Shown piece after piece: positions 9,322-18,041 of a stretch of DNA of 38,501 bases; positions within the stretch are counted from its first letter, which is position 1; every line of letters starts with the position of its first letter. The stretch is from Promethearchaeia archaeon. Its GTDB lineage: Archaea > Asgardarchaeota > Lokiarchaeia > Sigyniarchaeales > SOKP01. The notes beneath the pieces were generated by a model, which was given only the letters and a program-made list of their open reading frames with translations, was not told the origin of the DNA and ran no database searches. The stretch covers positions 1 through 38,501 of the forward strand of contig JAHQWJ010000056.1 in assembly GCA_029856125.1 (NCBI GenBank), written 5' to 3'. A program made the position numbers and the translations under genes.

Positions 9322-9573
9322 ACGACTCAATATCGATTCAGATTAACTGGTGTTCCACCAGACCAAGCTATTAAATTAATTGAAGTAGATCCAAACCAAT
9401 CTATAGCAGAAATTAAGAAAACAGTTCAACGAGAATATAAACTTAATCCGATTCTTGCTATTCAATTTATCTTTAAAGGAAAAGTACTTCCAGACCAGCT
9501 AAAGTTTGCCAAGATAGGGATCCACCCCAAGAAAGACGTGATAACAGTTATGGCGACCCAGGCTGGCGGATAA
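9322..9573 (+). CDS. Ubiquitin-like protein (83 aa, C-terminal GG), probable ACG start; missed by ORF track
   Basis: (M)TQYRFRLTGVPPDQAIKLIEVDPNQSIAEIKKTVQREYKLNPILAIQFIFKGKVLPDQLKFAKIGIHPKKDVITVMATQAGG*. Segments LIEVDPNQS/IAEIKK/QFIFKGKVL parallel ubiquitin TLEVEPSDT/IENVKA/RLIFAGKQL. In-frame TGA at 9313-9315 bounds the frame. Confidence 0.88.
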   Translation, partial: TTQYRFRLTGVPPDQAIKLIEVDPNQSIAEIKKTVQREYKLNPILAIQFIFKGKVLPDQLKFAKIGIHPKKDVITVMATQAGG

Positions 9574-9579
9574 TAAATA

Positions 9580-9600
9580 TTTTTTTAATTTTTTCTCTTT
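9580..9600 (+). terminator. Oligo-T archaeal terminator-like tract after the ubiquitin-like gene
   Basis: tttttttaattttttctcttt begins a few nt after the TAA stop. Confidence 0.5.
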
Positions 9601-9635
9601 CTATTATATTTTGCAAAATCTTACAAAAATAGTAT

Positions 9636-9842
9636 TTAAGTTTTAAATAAACTTAAGGCCTTCTTAACCATTTCTCTATAATTATATTTATCTCGTTCAA
9701 AATCATAACCAATAGATCCTAACACAATTTCAACATTAAACTCATCATAATCATAACCCAGTTCTTCGATGAAGGCAATGCCGTCATAAACACCATTCAA
9801 CCCATTCCCAAGATCGTGCGAATAAATACCACAAAAATCAGA
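9636..9842 (-). pseudogene. Probable gene remnant (68 codons, N-terminus missing)
   Basis: SDFCGIYSHDLGNGLNGVYDGIAFIEELGYDYDEFNVEIVLGSIGYDFERDKYNYREMVKKALSLFKT* is protein-like but cut upstream by an in-frame (TAA)n tract. Confidence 0.4.
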
Positions 9843-9863
9843 TTATTATTATTATTATTATTA
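9842..9863. repeat. (ATT)7 trinucleotide microsatellite
   Basis: attattattattattattatta. Confidence 0.85.
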
Positions 9864-9918
9864 CTCTTCCCAAGGTAATAGCGTTTAACATGCAAGATTT
9901 ACCTGATAAATTTGATCC

Positions 9919-9942
9919 ATTCTCGTGAATTATCACGAGAAT
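9919..9942. promoter_or_regulatory. Perfect inverted repeat ATTCTCGTGA-N4-TCACGAGAAT; candidate operator or hairpin
   Basis: 10-bp arms with a 4-nt spacer, 70-100 nt upstream of the ICMT-like gene; function inferred. Confidence 0.5.
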
Positions 9943-10035
9943 AATCGTAAAGTTCTACGTTATTCACGACTAGTATCTTTTAAAATGATACTTATATTTT
10001 TAAAGTAATTCTACTTGAGGATAGATAAGAGCAAC

Positions 10036-11175
10036 ATGAAAACTAAAAAGATATTAACCATCCTATCAGTTTTGATCATATTTTTCTGTATTATTTCTTC
10101 TTTTGATATTGTAAACTATATTGATTATATTAAAGATGATCTTATTATAGATGAATATTATGGATATCTCGTGTTTTTTGTTTTATTGTATTCGATAATT
10201 TTGTCTATATTGACCTTAATCCTTGTTCGTTTAGAAAAACTCCTTTTTTTCCAAATCTTGTTCTCAATAATCATATTTGGACTAAATTTAGGAATATTAA
10301 TAAATTTTACAATCATTATTCGAGACTTTTGGATAAATCTTTCTATAAGAGAAACTTTATTTTATTTGCCAAGTATAGTTTCAATTTTTTGTTCTATACC
10401 TATTCTATTATTGTCTTATTTTCAAATCAAATCGAAAAAACATATGAAGTTTTCAATAGAGGTTTTAAAAAGTAAAATTAAGCTTATTTATTTACGATTA
10501 GTTACATTAGTGGCTTACTTTCCCATTATACTGGGAATTTTATACACTATGACTGCAATGCCCGCTATTGCATACATTTCGTGGAATATTTTTCGTTTAT
10601 GGCCCGGGATCGATTTTATGGCGTCATGGTTCTTTGTCCACGGTTATTACTCTACGAATTTTGCTATCTATTCACTCATGGGGATCGAACTCGTTATTTT
10701 TATGTGCGGATTTGGTTTGTTTTTGCTTGGCTTAATTCACTTAGTAAAAGCAAAAAAAGAGAAAATCAATATAGTCCAAACAGGGCTTTATAAATACATT
10801 CGACACCCCCAAAATTTAGGTATAATTATATTTTCTTTTCCGTTTTGCTTATACGTGCCTTTTCTTGGTGATTCTGGAGTAAAAGTGGGAGATATTATTT
10901 CTTGGACGCTATTTTTTTTATTGATAATTATTTATTCTGATATCGAAGAAATTCAGATGGCGAAAAGGTATCCAGATGAGTATAAACTTTATAGGTCAAC
11001 TACAGGATTTTTTATTCCAAGAATCATCAAAACTAAAAAGGAAAGAGCTAACATGGAAATTAAACATTATCTATTTCGTTGGCTTTTCCTCATTGGAGGC
11101 TATATCCTCTTAATTTCCATTCTTACGTTTATATTTAGTAAATTTCCTCTGGTAATCATTGCTTATTATACTTAG
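10036..11175 (+). CDS. Isoprenylcysteine carboxyl methyltransferase / PEMT-like membrane methyltransferase with extra N-terminal TM helices
   Basis: IVQTGLYKYIRHPQNLG...IEE..MAKRYPDEYKLYRSTTGFFIP; many TM segments; ATG 10036 (alternative TTG 10015). Confidence 0.8.
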   Translation: MKTKKILTILSVLIIFFCIISSFDIVNYIDYIKDDLIIDEYYGYLVFFVLLYSIILSILTLILVRLEKLLFFQILFSIIIFGLNLGILINFTIIIRDFWINLSIRETLFYLPSIVSIFCSIPILLLSYFQIKSKKHMKFSIEVLKSKIKLIYLRLVTLVAYFPIILGILYTMTAMPAIAYISWNIFRLWPGIDFMASWFFVHGYYSTNFAIYSLMGIELVIFMCGFGLFLLGLIHLVKAKKEKINIVQTGLYKYIRHPQNLGIIIFSFPFCLYVPFLGDSGVKVGDIISWTLFFLLIIIYSDIEEIQMAKRYPDEYKLYRSTTGFFIPRIIKTKKERANMEIKHYLFRWLFLIGGYILLISILTFIFSKFPLVIIAYYT

Positions 11176-11346
11176 AACTTCGTATTTTATATTTTTAATT
11201 AAATTTGTTTTTATTTGACTAATTTATGATTAGATAATCCAAATTGATCGGTGGAATATATTTAATACTTTTAGGTTTTTAAAAGGAGATAAAACTCTAA
11301 AGTCCACCATTCCCTCTGAATCCTGGTTCTCTTGATTTTGGATTAA

Positions 11347-11484
11347 ATCCGTGAGAAAACCTACTATAGCGATATAGATCTAACTTACTTTTTCTACACG
11401 AATAGTTATGGATTAGTCTTTAGCGGAGTAGCGATTGTAATTTTCATCGCGTTCGCTCTCCAGATCAAGAAAAAGAGCTTCTAA
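11347..11484 (+). pseudogene. Remnant C-terminus of a membrane-anchored protein
   Basis: IREKTYYSDIDLTYFFYTNSYGLVFSGVAIVIFIAFALQIKKKSF*: a TM helix plus basic tail with no in-frame canonical start; upstream frame broken by stops. Confidence 0.4.
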
Positions 11485-11706
11485 TAAAGATTGATTTTGG
11501 TTTTTTCAATAGAAAAAGGAAAGGTATTAACCTTCTTTATAAAGAAAAAAAGAAGCAAAATTAAGTGTTTAAGAAAGAAAAAATAGAGTAAAAACTCCGA
11601 AACACACTCCCACCTCAATTTTATATATCAAATTAGAAAGGTAGCAAAAATATTAAATAGCTTCCAAGGAAATTATAAAATAACACAAAAGGGTGAAAAG
11701 AAAACT

Positions 11707-12006
11707 ATGCTAAAAAACAAAAACAATCAGATAAAATGGCTCGGTATAAGCCTAACTAAAAAAAAGTCAATTTATTTAACCATGCTCAGTAGTATTGGTT
11801 CTTCCTTCTTTGCAGGAGCAATTTTCTTTGCCGTTCCAGTTTTATTTTACGCCAGGACTGACATTTTTCCACACGATAAAATAACATATTCCTATACTTT
11901 GTTGTTGTCCATCTCTAACTTCATTGCCAGTTCTATATGTATTGGTATATTCGGTTATACGCTTAGTAAGGTTAAAATGTTCAGAAAATCTCTAAAGAAT
12001 CAATAA
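11707..12006 (+). CDS. Hypothetical 2-TM membrane protein
   Basis: 99 aa, two hydrophobic helices, GGGTGA SD-like motif upstream. Confidence 0.7.
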   Translation: MLKNKNNQIKWLGISLTKKKSIYLTMLSSIGSSFFAGAIFFAVPVLFYARTDIFPHDKITYSYTLLLSISNFIASSICIGIFGYTLSKVKMFRKSLKNQ

Positions 12007-12051
12007 AATATAGAACATTTACTAAGGAAAAGGATACCAAAAGAGAATTGA

Positions 12052-12771
12052 GTGAAAATGAAAAGAAAGTTAGTGTATATCCCCGTAATAATAATAATAA
12101 CCGGATTAATCTTAACATTCTCGATAATTATCAACAACTCTATAATACTAACGAGAATATATTATAAAATTGATTATAAGGGTAATGTTCAAAATTTTGA
12201 AAGTATTATTGACAAAAGTGAATTATTTGAATATCAAAAATACTGCTTGTGTCGAGATTACTTAGGGGATGTTTATAACCTAAGTGATAAAGTTTATTTG
12301 TACCACATTGATAGAGAATTGATAGAATATCTTAAGCTACAAATTGAAGAGGATAAAACGATATTTCATCTTTTTCCTTTTTATAGTCATGATTTTATTT
12401 ATTCATTGGAAGCAACTAACGAATCTCTGATATATCTGACCTACAATAATAATTCAATAATTAATGCGGAGTATGTAAACCATACGGAGATATTTACTGC
12501 TAGGTGGGGGCTTTATGATCTTTATGATAATAATTCGCTCTATTGGGAAGGAAATTGGTATCTTAATTTTACCTTTATCCCCTTTGCTCCCAACAGTTCA
12601 TCTACTATTGTATTAAATGATGTCATTTTAGTTAAAATGAATCTAAAATATCATCATGATTATATGTTTGGAGGATCCTTAGATTTAAGAATTGAGCCCT
12701 TTTTATGTTTTAACTCTAATCTTCAGATGATGTTTGTTTACTTTCCTTTTACATATAGTATTGTACAATAA
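12052..12771 (+). CDS. Hypothetical protein with N-terminal signal/TM anchor
   Basis: Basic N-terminus followed by a hydrophobic helix; Asn/Tyr-rich, with several NxS/T sequons. Confidence 0.7.
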   Translation: MKMKRKLVYIPVIIIITGLILTFSIIINNSIILTRIYYKIDYKGNVQNFESIIDKSELFEYQKYCLCRDYLGDVYNLSDKVYLYHIDRELIEYLKLQIEEDKTIFHLFPFYSHDFIYSLEATNESLIYLTYNNNSIINAEYVNHTEIFTARWGLYDLYDNNSLYWEGNWYLNFTFIPFAPNSSSTIVLNDVILVKMNLKYHHDYMFGGSLDLRIEPFLCFNSNLQMMFVYFPFTYSIVQ

Positions 12772-13019
12772 GAGAAATAAGACCAAAGTAGTGTGTGTGT
12801 TTATTTCCTTATTATTTTAAATTTCTTCAAACAAAAGAAAATTATCACCACAATATTTATTAGGAAACGAAAAAGAATTATAAGCAAAGTATCGCCGTGA
12901 GATTAAGATTATGCTCAAAGGGTGAAGAAGTAAAGTTGTTATCAAAATTATCACGGGACTGCTAATTCTTTCTGTATCAACCATATTATTGTATAAATTA
13001 TAATTTAAAGTGATTAAAA

Positions 13020-13592
13020 ATACCTGCTACACTGTTACACTATCCCGTTGCATGGGGGCTTTCAAAATTAGACAAACGGTTAAATCTGCCAGGTTTAATT
13101 GTGGGCTCATTTATACCTGATATCGAGGTTCCTATTTTAATGATTTTCTTTAATGGGGTGCTTCCAGATCATTTCATCTTGCACAGCTTGATTGGGGCAC
13201 TTACTATAGGTACTGTTATCTCAACTATGGTTACCGTTATGTTTTATCCATTTTTAACTTCGTTGTTCTTTCGAATCGATATAGATAAAACAAAGGAGAT
13301 ATGTAGATTAAGTCCTGCTCTAGTGTTATCCTGTATGCTTGGAAATATTTTTCATATCCTGTTAGATGTTCCTATGCATCCATTTAATCCTGTCCTGTGG
13401 CCTTTTGTAGACCCATATAGTATTGTCGGATTTTTAGTCATTGTCTTCTCCGTAGACGGAAGTTTTAGTTTAGGATTTCTAATAGCAAATATTCTGAATA
13501 ATGTGATAACGGGACTATTAATGCTTGCTATTATGATTAAAAGTAGGAAAAATTTATGGGAGCAAATTTTAATAGGAAGAATATACTCGTAA
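13020..13592 (+). CDS. DUF4184 / membrane-bound metal-dependent hydrolase-like protein, probable ATA start
   Basis: Frame extends 27 codons upstream of GTG 13101: (M)PATLLHYPVAWGLSKLDKRLNLPGLIVGSFIPD...HSL...HILLD...H. The family begins MPxTxxH. In-frame TGA at 13011-13013. Confidence 0.78.
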   Translation: MPATLLHYPVAWGLSKLDKRLNLPGLIVGSFIPDIEVPILMIFFNGVLPDHFILHSLIGALTIGTVISTMVTVMFYPFLTSLFFRIDIDKTKEICRLSPALVLSCMLGNIFHILLDVPMHPFNPVLWPFVDPYSIVGFLVIVFSVDGSFSLGFLIANILNNVITGLLMLAIMIKSRKNLWEQILIGRIYS

Positions 13593-13714
13593 TCTAAAAA
13601 TTCTTACCATTTTTTCTTAATTTCAAGTCATTTCTCATAATTTTAATGTTCATCAAGCAATCTTCAAAAGAAGTAATCAATTGAATAAAATAGCAATACT
13701 AGCTAATAAAAAGC

Positions 13715-13867
13715 TCAACAAACTGATAAAAATAAATCAATGTTTTTCTTAAAAAATAAAGAAAAATCCATACCGGAGTAGAATTTTCCATTGAATTTTA
13801 CTTCGATCGTAAAATCTTTACAAATTAAGTCAACTTCAATGCTAGGATAGGTATCTGAGCTCAACAT
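13715..13867 (-). pseudogene. Possible remnant of a PD-(D/E)xK nuclease-like gene
   Basis: MLSSDTYPSIEVDLICKDFTIEVKFNGKFYSG...: D...ExK spacing; short and flanked by broken frames. Confidence 0.3.
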
Positions 13868-13939
13868 TTTCCTAGCTTCGCAATCTAGTTTTCAAAATCT
13901 AGATTTAGAATCCAAATTCCTTTGGATTCACTACCTTTT

Positions 13940-14128
13940 TTAATCTCTACTTTCAGTTTTACAAATTTTTTCGTCGATTTCTTTTAAGGTATCTCGAAAC
14001 CCTTTAACTCCTTTAAGCTCTCTATTTCCTTTTCCTTTTTCTTTTTCTAAATCAATTTTTTTATTAAATTTTCTTTTCGCATATTCATATCCAAACAAAT
14101 ATGAATATATGTGTAATAATAATCCCAT
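13940..14128 (-). CDS. Small basic hypothetical protein or gene fragment
   Basis: 62 aa ORF with GGAGA upstream; no family recognised. Confidence 0.4.
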   Translation of the reverse strand: MGLLLHIYSYLFGYEYAKRKFNKKIDLEKEKGKGNRELKGVKGFRDTLKEIDEKICKTESRD

Positions 14129-14247
14129 ATAGTTTACATCTCCTGGAAGGAGTAATTTAATATTTACTAGATTGAATAGCAGATTTAAATGTTAGGAGAA
14201 AGGAGTTAAATAAATTTATTTCTGATTTTTACTATTTTCAAATAAAT

Positions 14248-14883
14248 TTAAGAGATCTTTCTTAACATACACCAAATTGGGATGTCAGTTTTGGGAATAA
14301 TTGCATATTCCAGTACTTCAAAACCATGTCTTTGATAAAATCCCACATTTTTCTCAGTATTTGTTTCTAAATAGATGGGTAGTTTCTCATTATCAATTAT
14401 TTTAAACATTTCCCTCAATAAAAGACTCCCATAACCCTTACCTTGCTCTTCTGGATCGACAGCAATAGATAGGAGATACCAATGATCAAATGGGGCAAGA
14501 CGTTTATGTACTGGAGTCATATAATTAAATACATCTATACTTCTCATCATTGAATTAAATTGGGATATTAATCCAGATTTGCGCATGGCCCGAAATCCGC
14601 CATGTCTTATCATACTCCAAGCAGTTTGATGCACTTCTTTCGGAGGCATCCATATTGCAATTCCTTCTAAATTCTCAGAAGTTGCCATTGCTTTACCTTT
14701 ATGTAATCCATATTTATAAATCATCTCAAATCCATATCGTAATTTTTCCTTTCGCTCATTTTCATCGGGAAAAGATAAAATAGTGACAGGATCATCTTGA
14801 AAAGCTCTTCCTGCTACTAGCCCCGCATCCTTTATTTGATCTTTTGAAAGATTTATTAGATTAGCTATAATAATCAATTCCAA
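14248..14883 (-). CDS. GNAT family N-acetyltransferase
   Basis: AFQDDP, HWYLLSIAVDPEEQGKGYGS, PIYLET, NVGFYQRHGF. Confidence 0.92.
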   Translation of the reverse strand: MELIIIANLINLSKDQIKDAGLVAGRAFQDDPVTILSFPDENERKEKLRYGFEMIYKYGLHKGKAMATSENLEGIAIWMPPKEVHQTAWSMIRHGGFRAMRKSGLISQFNSMMRSIDVFNYMTPVHKRLAPFDHWYLLSIAVDPEEQGKGYGSLLLREMFKIIDNEKLPIYLETNTEKNVGFYQRHGFEVLEYAIIPKTDIPIWCMLRKIS

Positions 14884-15059
14884 ATTCTGTTAAATAATAA
14901 ATTGTATATATATTATTTAAATTTATTGTTGATTCTACATAGTAGTAAATGATACTTTCAGTACTCCTATCACAATTTCCCTTGTGAATAACAAAAATTT
15001 ATTCATCTTTATCTAATAAAATTGATAATTTTCTTAAGTGTGACATATTTTCTTTCAAT

Positions 15060-16286
15060 ATGGTTGATAAAACTAAAATTGCTATTCAGAGAATTATTAG
15101 TGAAGATGTAAAAACAGCAGTATTTACCTCGCTAGATAACATTAATGCCCAAAAATTAATGCAAAAAGAAGGAATGATAATATTAATTAAACCTAACTTA
15201 TTAATGGGAAAACCACCGGAAAGAGGAGTAAATACTCATCCTGAGGTTGTGCGAGCAACTATTCAGTGGGTAAAACGATTCAACCCTGCAAAAATATATG
15301 TATGTGACTCTGCGGGAGGGGCAAAAGTAGGAATAACAGAAAAAGCAATTTTAGATAGTGGAATTGGGATAGTATGTGAAGAAGAAGGAGCTGAATGCTT
15401 ACCCTTTGAAAAAAGTGAAAGGAAGATTTACAAAATTGAAGATCCACTCGAATTAGAGGAAATTTCAAGTTCAAAACTGATTGAGGATGCTGATCTTATA
15501 ATCAATATTCCTAAAATAAAAACTCATTGGCAATGTACTTTAACTTGTTGCATAAAGAATATGTTTGGAACAGTTTTATTAGCAAATAAAGCAAAAACTC
15601 ACGCTCAGGCCGCCGTTCTTGATAGATTTTGTTCAGCATTAGCAGATATATATTCAGTGTCTAAACCACAATTGACAGTAATAGATGGGTATATTTGTAT
15701 GGAAGGTCAGGGACCTTCAAGCGGGGACGCAGTGAAATTAGACTTAATCTTGGCAGGATATGATCCTGTAGCATTAGATTCAGTAGTCTGCAAAATTATT
15801 GGATTTGACCCATCTGAAGTGTTATATTTAGCAAAAGCAGAACAAAAGGAATTGGGAAGTACAGATTTAGAGAAAGTCGAGATCATTGGTGAGACGATAG
15901 AGGAAGTATATCGTAAGTTTAAAAGACCTAAACTAAAACCAATTTCAATGCCTTTACCAAAGTGGTTAGCAGATTATCTTGGAAAGACAATTTTTAGAGC
16001 TACTGTAAAATTTAATAGAGAAAAATGTAAATTATGTTCTACTTGTTGGACTAATTGCCCAGTTAATGCGATTACTCCTCCAGAAATAATAAAAAAAGGA
16101 AATATTCCAATTTGGGATAAAAAGAAGTGTATAACTTGTTTTTGTTGCGTAGAATTGTGTCCTCACGAAGCAGTAAAATTTAAAATTAACTATGTTAAAA
16201 ATGCTCTATTTTCTTGGATGGGGTTAGCTTGCATCGCATTCTTAGCAATATTAACCTTGTTTTTCTCATGGATTCTAATGAATTAG
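15060..16286 (+). CDS. DUF362 domain protein with 2x[4Fe-4S] ferredoxin domain and C-terminal TM anchor
   Basis: LIKPNL, THPEVV, PKIKTH, KNMFG, MEGQGP, DPVALD; CxxCxxCxxxCP twice; hydrophobic tail. Confidence 0.9.
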   Translation: MVDKTKIAIQRIISEDVKTAVFTSLDNINAQKLMQKEGMIILIKPNLLMGKPPERGVNTHPEVVRATIQWVKRFNPAKIYVCDSAGGAKVGITEKAILDSGIGIVCEEEGAECLPFEKSERKIYKIEDPLELEEISSSKLIEDADLIINIPKIKTHWQCTLTCCIKNMFGTVLLANKAKTHAQAAVLDRFCSALADIYSVSKPQLTVIDGYICMEGQGPSSGDAVKLDLILAGYDPVALDSVVCKIIGFDPSEVLYLAKAEQKELGSTDLEKVEIIGETIEEVYRKFKRPKLKPISMPLPKWLADYLGKTIFRATVKFNREKCKLCSTCWTNCPVNAITPPEIIKKGNIPIWDKKKCITCFCCVELCPHEAVKFKINYVKNALFSWMGLACIAFLAILTLFFSWILMN

Positions 16287-16422
16287 ACTTATTTACTTAA
16301 AAGGAATTCTAAACCTTATATTTTTATATGGTTTAAAAGGCTATTTTATTTCTTGAAAATCTTATAAAGCTTTGAGATTAATATATCATATCATTTAAAA
16401 AAATGTTAAACAATGCAATAAA

Positions 16423-17814
16423 ATGAAGTTCACTATATTAAATGGGAGTCCTAAAGGCGCTGAGAGCGTCACCATGCAGTATATCTTATACATTAAGAAA
16501 AAACACCCGGAACACGAATATAATATAATAAACATAGCACAAGCAATTAAAAAGATCGAAAATGACGAAAAGAGATTCGAAGACATTATTCTTCAGGTAA
16601 AAAAATCAGATGGAGTAATATGGGGATTTCCTTTATATGTGATGTTGGTCTGTTCCCAATATAAACGGTTTATTGAATTGATTACCGAAAGAAATGTTGA
16701 AGCTGCCTTTGAAAATAAGTACACAATTGTCCTATCAACCTCGATTCATTTCTACGATCACACTGCCCAGAATTATATGCATAGTATTTGCGATGACTTA
16801 AAAATGAAGTATGTAGGAAATTATCCTGCAGACAGTTGGGATCTTCTTTACCCAAAGCGGCGAGCAAGATGGCTTTTATTCGTTGAGGAATTTATAAATC
16901 ACATCGAAAATAAATATCCTACTTCAAAACACTACGCTCCATTGAAAATAAGAGACTTTCAATATACTCCCGGAAAAAATATAGAAGATGCAGAGAAAAT
17001 TGATACACATAGCAAAAAAATTCTTGTTGTTAGTGATGAAACTAATGAAAACACAAATATAGGAAAAATGATAAAGAGGTTTACAGAGTCTTTTTCAAGC
17101 GAGATTGAAATCATAAACTTATACGACATCGATGTTAAAGGGGGGTGTATTTCGTGTTTACAATGTGGTTACGATCATAAATGCTCCTATATAGGAAAGG
17201 ATGGCTTTTTTGAGTTTTGGGAAGATGTAGTAATGACTTCGGACATCATCGTTTTTGCTGGTGTTATTAAAGATAGATATCTTTCATCCAGATGGAAGAT
17301 GGTTCTAGACCGAGCTTTTTATATGACGCATACACCGACTCTAATAGGAAAACAGATGGGTTATCTTATCTCTGGACCTGTAAATCAAATTCCAAATCTT
17401 TCTCAAATGTTTCAAGCTCACATAGAAATTCAAGACTCAAATTTTGTGGATATTATTACTGATGAATTTGGGACATCAGAAGACATAGATGCCTTACTCC
17501 ACGATTTTGCTAGGAAATTAGTTACATTTTCCAAAACAGATTACTTCAAGCCAATAACTTTTTTGGGAGAAGGAGGTAAAAAAATATTTCGAGACGATAT
17601 CTATGGGAGAAATCGATTTGTATTTTTAGCAGATCACGATTACTACGAGAAACATGGTTTTTATGACTCTTTCCCGCAAAATGACGAACGCGCAAAAAAA
17701 TTAAATGAAAAATTGATTCCTTTAATGAGAATGGATAAGCTTAGGAATAAAATCAATATGAAGCAAGAATTTCTTCGTCCATTCATGAAGGTACTTGAAG
17801 ATCCAGATAAATAA
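16423..17814 (+). CDS. Tandem flavodoxin-fold / iron-sulfur flavoprotein (NADPH-dependent FMN reductase family)
   Basis: ILNGSPKG N-terminus, FPLY; second domain has GCISCLQCG...C. Confidence 0.85.
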   Translation: MKFTILNGSPKGAESVTMQYILYIKKKHPEHEYNIINIAQAIKKIENDEKRFEDIILQVKKSDGVIWGFPLYVMLVCSQYKRFIELITERNVEAAFENKYTIVLSTSIHFYDHTAQNYMHSICDDLKMKYVGNYPADSWDLLYPKRRARWLLFVEEFINHIENKYPTSKHYAPLKIRDFQYTPGKNIEDAEKIDTHSKKILVVSDETNENTNIGKMIKRFTESFSSEIEIINLYDIDVKGGCISCLQCGYDHKCSYIGKDGFFEFWEDVVMTSDIIVFAGVIKDRYLSSRWKMVLDRAFYMTHTPTLIGKQMGYLISGPVNQIPNLSQMFQAHIEIQDSNFVDIITDEFGTSEDIDALLHDFARKLVTFSKTDYFKPITFLGEGGKKIFRDDIYGRNRFVFLADHDYYEKHGFYDSFPQNDERAKKLNEKLIPLMRMDKLRNKINMKQEFLRPFMKVLEDPDK

Positions 17815-17834
17815 AAATTAAACAGATAGAGGGT

Positions 17835-18041
17835 ATGAAAATGGCATGGGGCGGCTCGTTAAATAAAGATGGTTCTGATTACGTGAGAAATCTAAGAGAA
17901 GCTGATAAGGCAATAAAGTTTCTTGAAGGATTAAAGAGTGAATTAAATGAGGAAGAAAAACAAATCGTTTCAGACACTATCAATATTATTGTAAACAAAT
18001 ACACTAAAGAATCTAAAAATGATTCTCAAACCTTAAAGTGA
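17835..18041 (+). CDS. Small hypothetical protein
   Basis: 68 aa, helical and charged, GAGGG upstream, co-oriented with previous gene. Confidence 0.65.
   Translation: MKMAWGGSLNKDGSDYVRNLREADKAIKFLEGLKSELNEEEKQIVSDTINIIVNKYTKESKNDSQTLK

Noticed and set aside
14968-14990. TCACAA-N6-TTGTGA inverted repeat between the GNAT and DUF362 genes
   Set aside because: Only 6-bp arms; could be an operator but is not distinguishable from chance
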